A stretch of 64,000 nt of DNA from Utricularia gibba (Eukaryota; Plantae; Magnoliophyta), in assembly GCA_002189035.1 (NCBI GenBank), contig CM007990.1, forward strand, positions 3,782,001-3,846,000. Direction: 5' to 3'. How positions within the stretch are numbered: position 1 is the first letter of the stretch; every line of letters begins with the position of its first letter. The translations under genes were made by a program, and so were the position numbers. The notes beneath the pieces were generated by a model. The model searched no databases and was not told the DNA's origin. It worked only from the letters and a program-made list of their open reading frames with translations. Positions 1-13,000 of the stretch are shown piece after piece.

Positions 1-120
1 AGTTCTATTGGCATTCCTTGTGGAGAGTAAGTAGAATGCAAGTGCTTGATGCTAAGTGCACCATCATCCTCTTCTGCAGCTCGGATCTTCAACAAGCGAC
101 ATTATTACTTTAATAACCTT

Positions 121-132
121 GCTCTGATACTA
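121..132 (-). other. tRNA-Met primer-binding-site-like motif next to a probable LTR edge (retrotransposon remnant)
   Basis: The reverse complement reads TAGTATCAGAGC (canonical TGGTATCAGAGC). It abuts a TG dinucleotide at 133-134, as expected for a minus-strand 5' LTR/PBS junction. I could not define the rest of the element. Confidence 0.4.
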
Positions 133-1885
133 TGTATAATGTAAAAAACAAGATTCAAAGGGAAACTCACTTGTAGAATCTAAAAACCTGATTTGAGACC
201 AAAACCCTTATTTGTCATTACCCTCCTTATTCATACTATTTACAATATAAATTATCAAATCAAAAGATTTACTTTTTGACTTATAGTAACTTCCATATCT
301 GCGACATGTCATAATCCAAAAGATATTCAATGACCGGTTCATGGAACCTCATTCATCTTTAGGCCTATTGATCAATGGATTCATCAACATTTTTTATTTT
401 CTCATTTGTTCAAATTACTACATAGTGTCTCATTTTTTTTGTCATGTGAACTCAAAAACCAGAACATGAATAAGCCATAAAATGATCTAAAAAATGTGAT
501 TTTTTTTATGAATGATATTTTCTAATCACAATAATAGACATGAGATGAGATTTTCTTACATAGAAGTGGAAAACATGAAGAAAACATGGAGTTGTTAGAA
601 CCTACGATCGAATGCTTCAATTTCTCGACATTACAATTCAAAGTTACAATATCCCATCCAAAATTGTCAAATCTGTTCTGATGGAATGATCGAAAAAGCA
701 TACTCATAGCAGATGAGGTGTTAGCAATTCCATTGGAATATTAATCAAATATGATCGTCTGAATGTTATGAATGAGACTCTTGAGAAATCTTAACATTCA
801 TTGAAAGGTTTTAGGTCTCTGGGTATACGAGGATTTGTGATTCTTTGTGGACAAGAGATGATTTCATCTTTATAAATATCTCATTTCTTCTGATTCCAAA
901 TATATATGGATAAGCTTGTTAAACCCTGAGAGATTACTTGATCATTCTTGAAATAATATCTTAAGGGTAATAGGCTTTACGCACGCCTCCACCCTATCTT
1001 TCTTCTTCATGTGTTGCTTGCAGGAACTCTGATCCAACATGATGTACAGGTATTTGGTAGCTCCAAATGTCAGATCGTCGAGCGGATGTTGGTTACCGGA
1101 CATTGTCTAATCCGAGTCTTGATACTAAGTATTTGTATAAGCTTATTTGTATATTGATATTTTAATATTTTTGAATATAATTTTTTAAAGAATTTTTTTA
1201 GAATTTATAACTTATTTTGATGAATTATTATTTGATAGGTCAGATCTGATTTTGAACGGCCAATACTGGATTTGACTGATCAAAATCGGGTTATAATCAG
1301 AACCGACCTCATACTGGTTTGGCTTTGAACTTGGGTTTGAAACAAAAGATGGTATTAATTGGATTCCCTTAACTTTTGATGTTCTTGTTCATATATTTTG
1401 AAAGACTACGCCAATATTTTCCAAAAATGTATTTGAATTTTTATGATCATAACATCTCTTTAATGAATGAGATTTTTTTATGGTCACTTTGTCATTTTTA
1501 AGAGACATTTTTGTATCATAGCTTTAACAAAAATGAGTGTGTGGTGGTAAAAACAAGATTATACACATTTAAATAATCAAATAAAAAATTCACTCATCTT
1601 TGTTCTTCCTGTTCGAGAATCTGAATTTTTTTTTCATTTTTGTAGAATGCAAAATACCCAGTAAAAAAATATTATCTAAATAATATTAAAGATTTTGTAG
1701 CCAACTCAAGTAGATCAAGGGGCTACGTGGAAGAATCTGAATGGCTAAGAATCTATCCCCTTAGATTTGGTTGTTGATCAGAAATCCGAGTTGGCTCCTC
1801 TATAACTCTTCTCTTGATTTCCTGTCGAGGGCATTCGAAGAGAAGCCACAGAGATAAAACAGAGACACCCAAAGCTCTAACGGAA

Positions 1886-2734
1886 ATGGCTTCAGCATCC
1901 GCTGCTCTTGTGAATGGACTCGGATCAGCTTTCTTGACCGGCAGCAAGAAGAGCCAATCCCGGTTAGCTGCTCCGTGGCTGGCGTCGGTGCAGGAGCATC
2001 CAGGAGAGTGGTGGTGGCAGCTGTCTCCGCCCCAAGAAGTCATGGCTCCCGGGCGTTAAAGCAGGAGGCAACTTAGTCGACCCGGAGTGGCTCGACGGCT
2101 CGTAAGTTTAGCAGTTGGTTCCGATTTCATTTCCAGTGCTTGGGTTATATATGACCTCTCAATGGGTATCGTCCAAAACTGTAGGTTACCTGGTGACTAT
2201 GGATTCGATCCGTTGGGTCTTGGAAAGGATCCGGCTTTCTTGAAATGGTACAGGGAGGCGGAGCTGATCCACGGCCGGTGGGCCATGACGGCAGTCGTCG
2301 GAATCTTCATAGGTCAGGCATGGAGTGGCATTCCCTGGTTCGAGGCTGGAGCTGCTCCTGGTGCAGTAGCACCCTTCTCCTTTGGCACCCTCCTGGGGAC
2401 TCAGCTCCTTCTGATGGGTTGGGTTGAAAGCAAAAGATGGGTCGACTACTTCAACCCGGAATCGCAGTCCGTAGAATGGGCCACACCCTGGTCTCGGACG
2501 GCAGAGAATTTTGCAAACGCTACCGGCGATCAGGGGTACCCTGGAGGAAAGTTCTTCGATCCGTTGTCTGTTACTGGGACGCTTAAGAATGGAGTCTACA
2601 TTCCTGATACTGAGAAGCTGGAGAGACTCAAGCTTGCTGAGATAAAGCATGCAAGACTGGCTATGGTGGCGATGCTGATCTTCTACTTTGAGGCTGGTCA
2701 AGGGAAAACTCCTCTTGGAGCTCTTGGCCTTTGA
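1886..2734 (+). CDS. LHCB6: Light-harvesting chlorophyll a/b-binding protein CP24 (Lhcb6), 2 exons; exon 1 has two apparent 1-nt frameshifts
   Basis: Exon 1 is 1886-2101, with a GTAAGT..TAG intron at 2102-2184 and exon 2 at 2185-2734. Translation gives [23 protein letters not shown]|[34 protein letters not shown]...[13 protein letters not shown]...[14 protein letters not shown], which is diagnostic of CP24. The transit-peptide region needs frame changes near 1974 and near 2030. Confidence 0.93.
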
Positions 2735-2901
2735 AGTTTTTTTCATTCTTGCCATTCATCTGTAAAAAAGCTTCTGCAATGTAGAGAACCTAAACCGGTC
2801 TAATGAGTTCAACATCGGAGATATCTGAGTGACTGTATTAAACATATCACAGCCATGGAAAGGGTAGCAACCCAACTTATTCTGAAGCAAGAAATCAGCC
2901 T

Positions 2902-3187
2902 TCACCACGTCTTGGAAGAGGTAAAGTTACCAACTTTGAAACTAGGCATCGTTGCCATCAGGAATCCACCTTCACACACAACTTTACTTCCAACAGATGC
3001 CTTTCCTTCCATTTTCGCCAATCCAACCCGCTTCTGCAGCCTGACCAGGTTCATTCTCGGAAGGTATCTCCCAGAAATAACTGGTTTCCTGAACCTGATT
3101 TTGTACACTCCAGCGAAAAAGAAATTCTCATGAGAGCCTCCAACTTCTGGCGGGTGCATAACCAGACCCACCTGCCTGAGTCATGGC
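2902..3187 (-). pseudogene. FABZ: Degenerate last exon of plastid 3-hydroxyacyl-ACP dehydratase (FabZ)
   Basis: After a CAG acceptor the sequence reads AMTQAGG / LVMHPPEVGGSHENFFFAGVYKIRFRKPVISG...RMNLVRLQKRVGLAKMEGKASVGSKVVCEGGFLMA. This matches the plant FabZ C-terminus ([66 protein letters not shown]). It contains indels, and upstream exons are not recognisably intact. Confidence 0.82.
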
Positions 3188-3604
3188 CTGAATCAGGCAC
3201 ATACACATTGTTAAATTCACGTAGGAATCAGGAGGCTATCATTGTGCATGACATCAAATCGGATTCCCAGTCACTCCAACACTGACTACACAGAGCCTGC
3301 TGAAACTATAAGATTGACATCAAATCAAGGTAACGCTGAATATCTTCTGAACAACTCCAATGTTGGGAGGAGTTCACTCTAAAAGATATTCAATCCTGAA
3401 TCAGGCACATACACATTGTTAAATTCACGTAGGAATCAGGAGGCTATCATTGTGCATGACATCAAATCGGATTCCCAGTCACTCCAACACTGACTCCACA
3501 GAGCCTGCTGAAACTATAAGATTGACATCAAATCAAGGTAACGCTGAATATCTTCTGACCAACTCCAATGTTGGGAGGAGTTCACTCTAAAAGATATTCA
3601 ATCC
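3187..3604. repeat. Direct tandem duplication, 2 x ~208 bp
   Basis: CCTGAATCAGGCACATACAC... starts at 3187 and again at 3395. The two units differ at only a couple of positions. Confidence 0.95.
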
Positions 3605-4684
3605 TCAACCCAATCCGAAACATAGAAGATTACATTAAAAACTCGTCTATCCTAAGATCAATGAAGATCAACACGGTATGACATTTTTTGGCTGCATTTG
3701 TTAACAACCGGGAACCTAGGCGATAAAAGAGCAAACTGATTGGAAATGTCTGCTGTACGTATCATTTTGTTTTGAGAAAATGTGATAAACGCAAATTCAC
3801 TTCACCTTAAATCTGTACTAAAGGAAGAAGGTTGTGGAAGAGGTGAAGAATCTGAACAGCAAGATGAATGAGGGAGACTTGGATCATTGGTGTTTGTGAT
3901 GATGAAAACACCAAAAGTTGCAAATAAATAGGTATACAAAGATGCTAAATAACTTGATTGATTATTTTTCCATAGCTCAGTTGATCCCTTTTTCCATATT
4001 CTCGCGTGCCTTTTCCATATAGCATAGCACATATTGATGTCTAGCACAGTTTACGGGTTGAGTAGCTTGGATTAACTTCAATCTCTTTGTGTCTCAGAAA
4101 AAGTTTCATTGTTTCTACCACCTCCCTTATTTCTCCACTGATTCTGTTCTTCATTATGTACTAACCAACCAACTTAGCCAGGCATTAAAATTAACGTATC
4201 TTAACAAGATTTGGAAAGCAAAAAAATGGCTCACCCCAATCATAATCCAACCGGCCATAGTTGGTCTCTCTGAAAAATGGCCTGGGAAGAAATTATCACT
4301 GATGGTGACATTTTTTATCGCCACAACAGAAACACCAGAGGTTTACTCAATCACTCTGTTAACTAGAAGAAATGGAAATCCGCAATAAAAAAGAGAAATG
4401 AAAGAAGCTAATTTACAGAAACATCAATCACAAAGACTCTATCATTCTCAATGATGCTATTGTTTGAATCATGTTTTGTTGCATACAAGTTACTGGCTTC
4501 AATGAGCATAATGATTTAATTTAGGAGTGATTGAAGCGTTAGTTGTCCCCAACAACACACTCCAAAACTAGACTCTAAAAGACTAAAGCAACCAACCGCA
4601 TTGAGAAACATTAATGCTTTTATTGAGCAATGTTGAGACGCACAGACAAATGTGAGACGCAGATCCACAACTCGAGAATTACCA

Positions 4685-7515
4685 TTAGAACACACAAATA
4701 TCACAAGGGGTTTCCGAAATCCATCTCTTGAACATGAAAAAGCATTCCTTGGGCTTGTACCTGGGAGCTACGTGCCCCGCCGCCTGCAACATGTCAATGC
4801 CAAATGATGTTACCACTGCAAGGCTACTACAACACATATGAGAGACAGGTTGGAGCACTTGCCAAAATGGTGGCATAAGTCATCATGTTCTCGAAACTTC
4901 TCGTGTATCTGCATCATGAATGTTTAATAAAACTACCAAACGCTTGTCTCCAAAAAAATCCGGAAGATTTGTGATTACCCGCTGACACGTTCATCCACAA
5001 ACCATGGCCTCCATTTTTCTACCACAGGAGAGTTGAGGGACCTTATCCATGCCAGGGTCGCCAATGTGGGCACGCCAAGGTCAAAACTACCACTGAAAGC
5101 ACAAGCAATAAGACAAAAGTGTTGATGGAGCCTCGTTAAGTGATTACTGGTTTCTTGTCAATAAAGTGAACCGCAAAACTTCGATTGTTGCCTGTAAATG
5201 AGAGAGCGGTAGCCTCTGGAAGTAAGATTCTTGTGAAAGGGTATTATGCTCGGATGATCGAAAGTGTATTTTATGTTATCGTTGCATCTAATCCATTTTT
5301 CTCTAGTCCCCTGCATCATCAACGCAGAATATTTTTTCCTGTTGTTGCTTTGCAACAGAAGCAGAGCAAAAGGTGTTGTGTTGTTTTACCTTAGTGACGT
5401 GAAGAGATTCTTGGACACTGGGATCATTCGCCCAAGGATCGCAAAATATGCAATTGTCAGGCTGAAAAATCAACACAGATGAATGAACACTGAGCAATGG
5501 AAACGCTAGAAAGGGTGTGGACGTTACATGGCAATGAATCTCCGAGTGCTCTTCGTTTCCGTACACCTGAATCATATCCCGCCTTCTCCCAGAAACCGAT
5601 GGGCATGCTGGCTTAAAGGGATTGTCTGAATTCAAGGGATCCACCAGCTGTTTCTCACATGCAAGGTATGCATCAAACTAAAGATTCAACAGAGGGAAAG
5701 GAGGAACTGGGAATTTGATATCTTGCCTCATGAAAAGTTTCAACATCTTTAGAACACGGCTTGTTGTTCGCATCTATCGAGTAATTCCCCTTGCAGTTTC
5801 GCTCCAAGGACTGAAACAAAAGGATAGTTGACGTTTCCATTACATTTTAAATGAAGCAAAATTTCACTTTAACCTTGTAGAGATCAGGAGGGATGAGTCC
5901 CATTCCGTAAGCAGCCGGTATCCTGTAGTTTGCATAGTCATAAGATGTGCTTGGATTTCCCAAGAAGTACCCTGTTTCCAAAACGTTGAATTCTTGAAAA
6001 AAATTGAAGGTAACTAAAGATAAACATCAGAATGACAGACTTTAAGGTTAATGTGGGGCTTGATTCCGAGTTCATTCCCTGCGTCACAAGATCAAGGCAA
6101 GAGTCATTTGAAAAGTCCAGATGAAATAGGCCTTTTTATCATTTGTTTGCACCATCAGCTATCAGCCTGGTGACGATAGGTACAGTGGTGCCGCTGAAGG
6201 AGTCTCCACCGACGTAAAACGGGCTCGATCCGAACTCTGAATGATCGTCCAGCCACTGCAGACGGACCAGGAATCGCAACACAAAAACTGATGTATAAAA
6301 GAACACATGGATATGTAGGATCAAAGCAAACAAACACACCTTTTGAAGGAATAGGTAAGCTTGTTCACATGAATGAAAGTGTGTTGTGTAGGTAGCCTCC
6401 TCTGTCTTCCCATAGGAAAATCCAGTTCCCACAGGGGAATCCACGAACAATATGTTTGCTACCTGCAAAAAAATACAAAAATCTGAACCTCGATATTCCG
6501 AGAAAAGAACAGCATGACCAGTAGAAACGATTACGAACCTGGGTCCATGAATAAGGATTGACGATCAGGTTGGGCAAGCCCCCTTCGTCTGTATCCGACA
6601 CGTTAAAAGTCAAGGGCCCCGCAATGAATCCCTTCCTCTCTCTTAGTACTGTAAATGGAACATAAAAACAATGATAGAGAGAAGAAATCAAACCATTTTC
6701 ATAGAAAAGAGCAGAAAGAGCAGAGCACCCTGGCCCTCCAGTTAACCAAAGAACTAGAGGGCGTTTCTCAGGCTCCGGCCCCGATTATTGGAGGGTGAAG
6801 AAGAAATGGATTCAGATTCTCAACAACAGGAGGAAAAATGGCGGAAAATCAGAAACCTGATGGAGTCGCACGAATTCTCAAACCGCTGGAAAAAAGAAGA
6901 AGAGAAGGACGATGGAACTGCACTCTTGGTGATTGGGCCTCTGCAAGTGAAGTCTCACTTGAAACGGTCCACGAGTGATGAAGCCCACCACGACTTGTTT
7001 GGCTCACGACCTGAGAGAGGGAGAATCGTGTGTGGAAATCAGCCTGCAGAGCTGGAGTAAATACAGCAGATTGAGAGAGCAACGGTAACTTCTCAACGGA
7101 TAGAAACCACGCCTATAAATATGTGCTATTGACGCTGTATCAAGTCAAGCCAGTTACAAAGTCTCAAAGCCGTTCACAACACAAAAACCATACTCCGAAA
7201 TCCTTCTCATACAAAACCAGAATTCCAACATCGATGACTTGACAAAGTAGTAAAACAACTGCACATTTTCTTCTTCATCAACACCTATGTACCTACCCAG
7301 AACAGTCGACAAGAATTATCACAAGGAAACCAACAGAGCAGTTCCTTCATGAGAGAACAGGGAGTTGTGAATATACCCTGTTTCCAGATAAAATGGAAGA
7401 AGGCCATCAAAGCTAGGGAGATGTGTGTTATATGAGAGCCCCCATCACCCAAAACACTTCCATCAGGCAGGAGGAGGAGAAGCAGAGCCACCGACAGCAG
7501 TGCAGTGATGCTCAT
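4685..7515 (-). pseudogene. Serine carboxypeptidase-like clade IA (acyltransferase-type), copy 1, disrupted
   Basis: All 14 exons are recognisable ([28 protein letters not shown]). Lesions are a 2-nt insertion in exon 1 (~7423), a solo LTR inside exon 2 (6786-7230), a 1-nt deletion at the start of exon 7 (~5970) and a shifted C-terminal stop. Confidence 0.92.
6786..7230 (+). mobile_element. Solo LTR (445 bp) inserted in SCPL copy 1 exon 2
   Basis: Ends are TATTGGAG...TTCCAACA (decayed TG..CA). The 5-bp TSD is CCGAT/TCGAT (6781-6785, 7231-7235), and there is a CTATAAAT TATA box at ~7113. It is absent from the same exon in the other copies. Confidence 0.85.
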
Positions 7516-8218
7516 CTTCAATACCCGATATAGAATTCTCCTTGGCTTTCGATTCCAATATATCTTTTTGCCTGGTTTCAAAACTACATGATCACCTTAT
7601 AAATTACGCTCTATTCGTGGACGCCCTTTGCAACACGGTAGCTTCTATGCTCTACCCAGACGAATGATTGGCAGCTATCTGACAGCTATGAATTTATGGG
7701 CCCCCGGATGTCCTATAATTTTCAAAATGCCCCCTTGAAGTTTTGTATTTGCATAATTACGCCCATTTGGATTCTTGACTTTCCCTAACCTCTTGATAAT
7801 CATTAAAAAAATGCCCACATTAAGTATACGATCCACGCTAATTTCTATAAAAAAAAACATAAAATTATGAGAATTATGTATTCATAGTATACATCACTGC
7901 GGTGGATTATATTATAAAAAATATTTAGAAGCACAAAATTTATGTTTGCTTTATCAATAGAATCTTGTTGCTTTGATGGATTTGTTTCATCACATTAAAA
8001 ATGGATTGAATTCATTTTTTATTTAATCATATATTATGAGTTCAATAATTTTTATTAAAGTATTTAATCCAGGTGCTCTTCGTTTCCGTACACCTGAATC
8101 ATATCCCGCCTTCTTGTAGAATTTGGCGGACATGCTGGTTCAATGGCATTGTATCAATTCAAGGGATCCACCAGCTGGTTCAAAGGCAAAGTTTGCATCA
8201 ACCTTATGATTCGACGGC

Positions 8219-9528
8219 TATTAAGTGTCATTTTTTAGTTATTTGTTAGATGTTATTATGTGTTAATTATATATTAAGTCGCCCAATTACAAATTATATT
8301 GATAAGAAATTGATTTTTCTTAAAAAATCTCTATTTTCCTATTTTGTATATATTTTCTTCCTTTTTTTTCACACTTTGACCGAGGCATTTCAAGAGACTG
8401 TCAGGATTGTTGCAAGAGTATTGCAGGTGCTTAGACTTTGAGTTTTCGTGCCTTGTATGCGAGTGGGAACGATTGTGGGCAGAAGACTGGCACTGGTCAA
8501 GGCCCCTGACTTACGGCATGTCAGAGTCTACAACAATGATTGGGCGCAAACTTGAACGCAAAGAAAGGTTGCTGACACACACAAGACAGAAGGAATGATA
8601 GGAAGGGGACCCAAAGGAGTTAATGCACTTGGAAAGTCATATAAAAGCCACTTGGAGCACTTAATTTTAGACTTTTGAACATTTATCTCTTGTACTTAGA
8701 CTTTTGAGTTCTTCCTCCCTTCAAGGAGGAAGAATACTTAGTCTCCCTTTTCGTTTTCTGTTTTTATGGCCCTTTGTGGGCTAAAACCCTTTAGTTTCTG
8801 GGGGAAGATGAAATTTCCTTTCAAGTCCTGAGCAATATACTTGGTTCTTCGCTGAATTGATTTCAGATTCTGCATACTTCTGCGCACTTTGTTGCAGTCT
8901 TTTTGTAACGATTCTTAGTCAAGGTCCATGAGTAGCAGGCCACTCCTTGTGGATTTTGGTGAAGATCAAGGTGAAGAGCACCAATTCCAACCCTATCGGT
9001 TTGAGGGAAGTAGCAGATTGTTTGTGGCCTAGGTACCGTGACAGTGGACAGGTTGTGACCTCGGACCTGCCACTGCCAATTGGCAACAGCTGGGCACACG
9101 TGCGCAATTCGGTTTTGAAGACAATCGAAGGCAATCCTCTTGTCTTCCTAATCGTCCAAGGGGGAATCATATGAGGCTATTCTCATGCCTTCTTGTCAAT
9201 CAGAGAGTAAGGGAGAGTAGGCTATTCCTTGCTCCTATAACCAGCTATTCGAAAGAAATCAGTGGAAACCGAGGCAAGGACGGACAAAGGAAGGAGATAG
9301 AATCTGATTCCCAGGAACTGCGTACCATAGTCAAGCCCCATCACTTAGGTTGTACCTTTTATTTCTGCGTCTCAAAAACCCCCTTTCACAAAACCGTGAC
9401 ATTTTGTAGAAGTTCTTTACACAACACTTTCCACGAAAAACAACTCCCTTAGATCGATACTCGTACTACGCTTTCTAGTGTTTTACGTTTTAAATATTTA
9501 AAATTTATTGAGGAAACGACACGCAACA
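8219..9528 (+). mobile_element. Solo LTR (1310 bp), family also at 15175 and 59036
   Basis: Ends are TATTAAGTGTC...CGCAACA with a perfect 5-bp TSD ACGGC (8214-8218, 9529-9533). It splits SCPL copy 2 intron 8 and has a TATAAAA at ~8639. Confidence 0.9.
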
Positions 9529-10093
9529 ACGGCGGGAAAGTAGAAACTGGAAATTTGATATCTTGCCTCTTGAAAATTTTCAACATCTTTAGAACATAGC
9601 TTGTGGTTCTCATCTATCGAATAATTCCCCTTGCAGTTGCACTCCAAGGACTGCAACAAAAGGATAGATGATGTTTCTATTACCTTTTAGACGAAGCAAA
9701 ATTTCACTTCAACCTCGTAGAGATCAGGAAGGATGAGTCCCAAAATTTCACTTCAACCTGTAGTTTTCATGATCGTGAGATGTACCCCGTGTTACAAAAC
9801 AGTGACTTCTTGAGAAAAAATATGGAGGTATCTAAAGATAAAAATCAGAATCACAAATTTTAAAGGTAGTCTGGGGCTTGATTCCGAGTTCATTCCCTTT
9901 ATCACAAGAACAAGGCAAGAGTCAATCGAAAAGTCCAGACGAAATTGCACTTTTTTTCATTTGTGTGCACCATTAGCTATCAGCCTGGTGATGATAGGTA
10001 CTGTAGTGCTGCTAAAGGAGTCTCTTGCTACGTAAAAGGGGCTTGATCCGAACTGTGAATGATCCTCCAGCCACTACCAATGGACCAATAGCT

Positions 10094-13000
10094 TGTTGGA
10101 ATAAAGATATTGGAGAAGGGGAGTTACCATCCAACATTGCTAGTTGATGAGAGATCAATGTGATCTCGCAAATAGAATAATTCAATGAAGACAAGAGCCA
10201 GTTCAAATGAGTGACGTTTCCTCATGCCATTCATTATTTCAGCTAAAGACCCATCAAGTCCAACAATTTTTCGAACCTAATGAAAGGGAGTGACTTGATT
10301 AAAGCATTTTCTGCATTCAACTCAAATTTTATTTTCTCAATTTTCATTGCTTCTGTATCAAGAATATCCCTAATAAAGTGCTACCTCACATCAATGTGTT
10401 TCACCCTATTGAGAAACATGAGGTTCTTTACCAAAGAGTGAGTGCTTTGGGTATCACATACAATGCCCCCCATAGCCTCTTTCCTGTGTAGTTCAGAGAA
10501 CAATCCCTTGAGCCAAATTGCTTCCTTAACTACTTCAATTAAAGACATGAGTTCTGCTTCAGTGGTGGATAATGCCATTGTGGGCTGGAGCATAGCTTTC
10601 CAAGATATTGCAGCCCCATTACATGTGAATACATAAGTTGTTAGTGACCTCCTCTTGTCTAAATCACTCATAAAATCAGAATCGCAATATCTTAGGATTA
10701 TGTCATTTCCACCATTAGACATAAATTTAAGTTCCATTGTTATTGTTCCTTGAAGATAGCATAAAGTCCAAGGAACTACTTTCCAATGTTTTTTTTCCTA
10801 GGGATTCCATATATCTGCTTAACATGCTCACTACATAAGAGAGATTATGCATGGTGCAAATCATACAGCACATAAGTGAGACCACAGCATTAGGATAAGG
10901 GATGCTCTCCATTTCTTATTTTTCTTTTTCAGTGTTAGCACAATGAGATGTAGATAGTATAAACTGTTTTGCTAAGGGAGTGCTCAACGGCTTGCAATTA
11001 TCCATAGCATATCTATGAAGTATTCTATCAATGCAAGAGGTTTGAGTTCAAAATAATGAACCTTCTTCCAAGTTCCTTGTGATTTCCATCCCAAGAATCT
11101 TCCGAGCATTTCCAAGATCTTTCATTTTAAACTCTGAGGTCAACTGATGTTTAAGTTGTCTTAAGGCAAGTATCATCAATGGCAATCAACATATCATCAA
11201 TATAAATAAGTAGTATTATCAAACATTGATTTGGAAGCACATGAATGAATAGACATGGTTCATGAGCACTTATTTTAAAACCAATGCTAAGCATGAACGT
11301 AGCACTCCTCTTATACCATTGCTTTGGAGATTGTTTTAGGCCATATAGTGATTTCTTCAACCTACACACTAGATTTCTACTGAATTCTTTTACAAATCCT
11401 TCAGGCTACTCCATGTATATTTCTTTTTCAAATTCACCATGCAAAAATGCTATTTTGACATCTATTTGTTGAAGTTTAAGATTGTGTGAAACCACCATAC
11501 TTAACACAACTTGAATAGTAGAGCGCTTCACAATTGGGGAAAATACATTAGTGAAATCCAGACCAAGTATTTGACTTAACCCCTTGGCAACTAGCCTTGA
11601 CTTGAACCTAGGTTGTATTTCTCCAAGTAGAGGTTCCTTCTTTCGATATACCCATTTGCACTTTACGGCTTTCTTGTTTGGAGGGAGTGGTGTGAGTTCC
11701 AATGTCTTGTTTTTCTAAAGTGAGTCTATTTCATCAAACATAGAGTCCCACCAGATTTTTGCATCTTTTCTTGAAATAGCTTGTTTGAATAATGCAAGTT
11801 CCCCTCCATAACTTGTTTCATCTGTAGTGGTGAGGGAAAAAGCTAGGAAATCAACCTCTGCATATCTTTGGGGTGGCCTCCTTCGAGCTTTCCTGGCAGC
11901 AAGAGAAGTCAAAGTAAGAGACTCTAGTGGACCTTGATCATATGCTCTAAAGGTTTCACTATCGTTGCTTTCTGAATTAATTGCTCTTTGTTCATCTCTC
12001 TACTCTTCATGGGTCTCAATTTGTGGGGAAGTCAACATAAGCACTCTGAGATATTCAACATCATCATTTTCTATATTTTTGCATACTTCATCAGTAGAAG
12101 CCTCGAGTTTTTCTTTGATCATGATCTCTTCATTGAAACTACATCCCTATTAGTTAGTTTTCTTTTCAAGTTTGAGCTCCATACTTCGTATCCTTTTACC
12201 CTTTCTTGAATCCCAAAATTATGCATTTCAATGTTCTTGGTTTCAACTTATCATCAACCGAACACCCTTAAAGTATCATAGCTCCCAACTTCTCCTTTCC
12301 ACATTTCGTGAGGAGTTTTTCGATCAATAGTAGTAGAGGGTGATCTATTGATAATAAAGTGGCATAAGATGCTGCTTTTGCCTAGAACTTCTCATCCAAC
12401 TTAGCAGTAATCAACATACATTGAACTCTTTCCATAATGGTTTAATTCATTTTTTCACCCACCTCATTTTTTTGTAGGATGTACCTGTTTGTCTTATCTC
12501 TCAAAATTCTAGTAGCCTTGTAGAGTTCTTCAAAATCACCTAAACAAAACTCGAGGCCATTGTCTATCCTGAGTTTCTTAACCTTTGTATGTGTTTGATT
12601 TTTAATCATTATCTTCCACACTTTAAAAGTCTCTAGAGCCTCTGATTTATGCTTCAAAAAGAAGGTCTACAGCTTTCTACAGTAATCATCGACAATACTC
12701 ATCATATATATTGCTCCTTCCATAGATGGGCTATCTGTTGGCCCTCATAAATTACTCAGGGGTGTGGGCTATTGTGTATTCATTTAGAGAACTTGACTCG
12801 TTTTCTTTTTCTCAATACAGTACTCATAGAAGTCTAGTTTGCCTATTTCCTACTCCTTTATCAAGCCTCTGGAACTTTATTCTTTTAGCCCTTGCTCACT
12901 CATGTTAGCTAACTTATAATGCCACAACCTGGTTGTGTCACTCTCTGTTCTATCAATGGTGATGTTAACATGATCCTCTTTCAGAGTGCCCTGTAATAGG

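Noticed and set aside
1720-1860. G-box-like ACGTGG and GATA motifs upstream of LHCB6
   Set aside because: They are plausible light-responsive elements, but the matches are too short to support from sequence alone.
2087-2184. N-terminal part of the 215-aa ORF as the true protein start
   Set aside because: It reads through the GT-AG intron 2102-2184; CP24 similarity starts only at 2185.
2186-2755. 189-aa minus-strand ORF
   Set aside because: It is the antisense shadow of LHCB6 exon 2 and has no recognisable motifs.
5185-5394. Recurrent plus-strand [15 protein letters not shown]... in six places, suggesting a conserved antisense peptide
   Set aside because: It is antisense to SCPL exon 11, starts at a TTG/GTG-type codon and varies in length; recurrence is explained by gene duplication.
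6788-7060. 90-aa acidic ORF
   Set aside because: It lies wholly within the solo LTR and has no recognisable domain.
8947-9452. ORFs shared with 59022-59608 (VKIKVKSTNSNP..., MRLF.CLLVNQ...)
   Set aside because: Both lie inside copies of the same solo LTR, so the similarity reflects LTR identity; there is no evidence of coding constraint.
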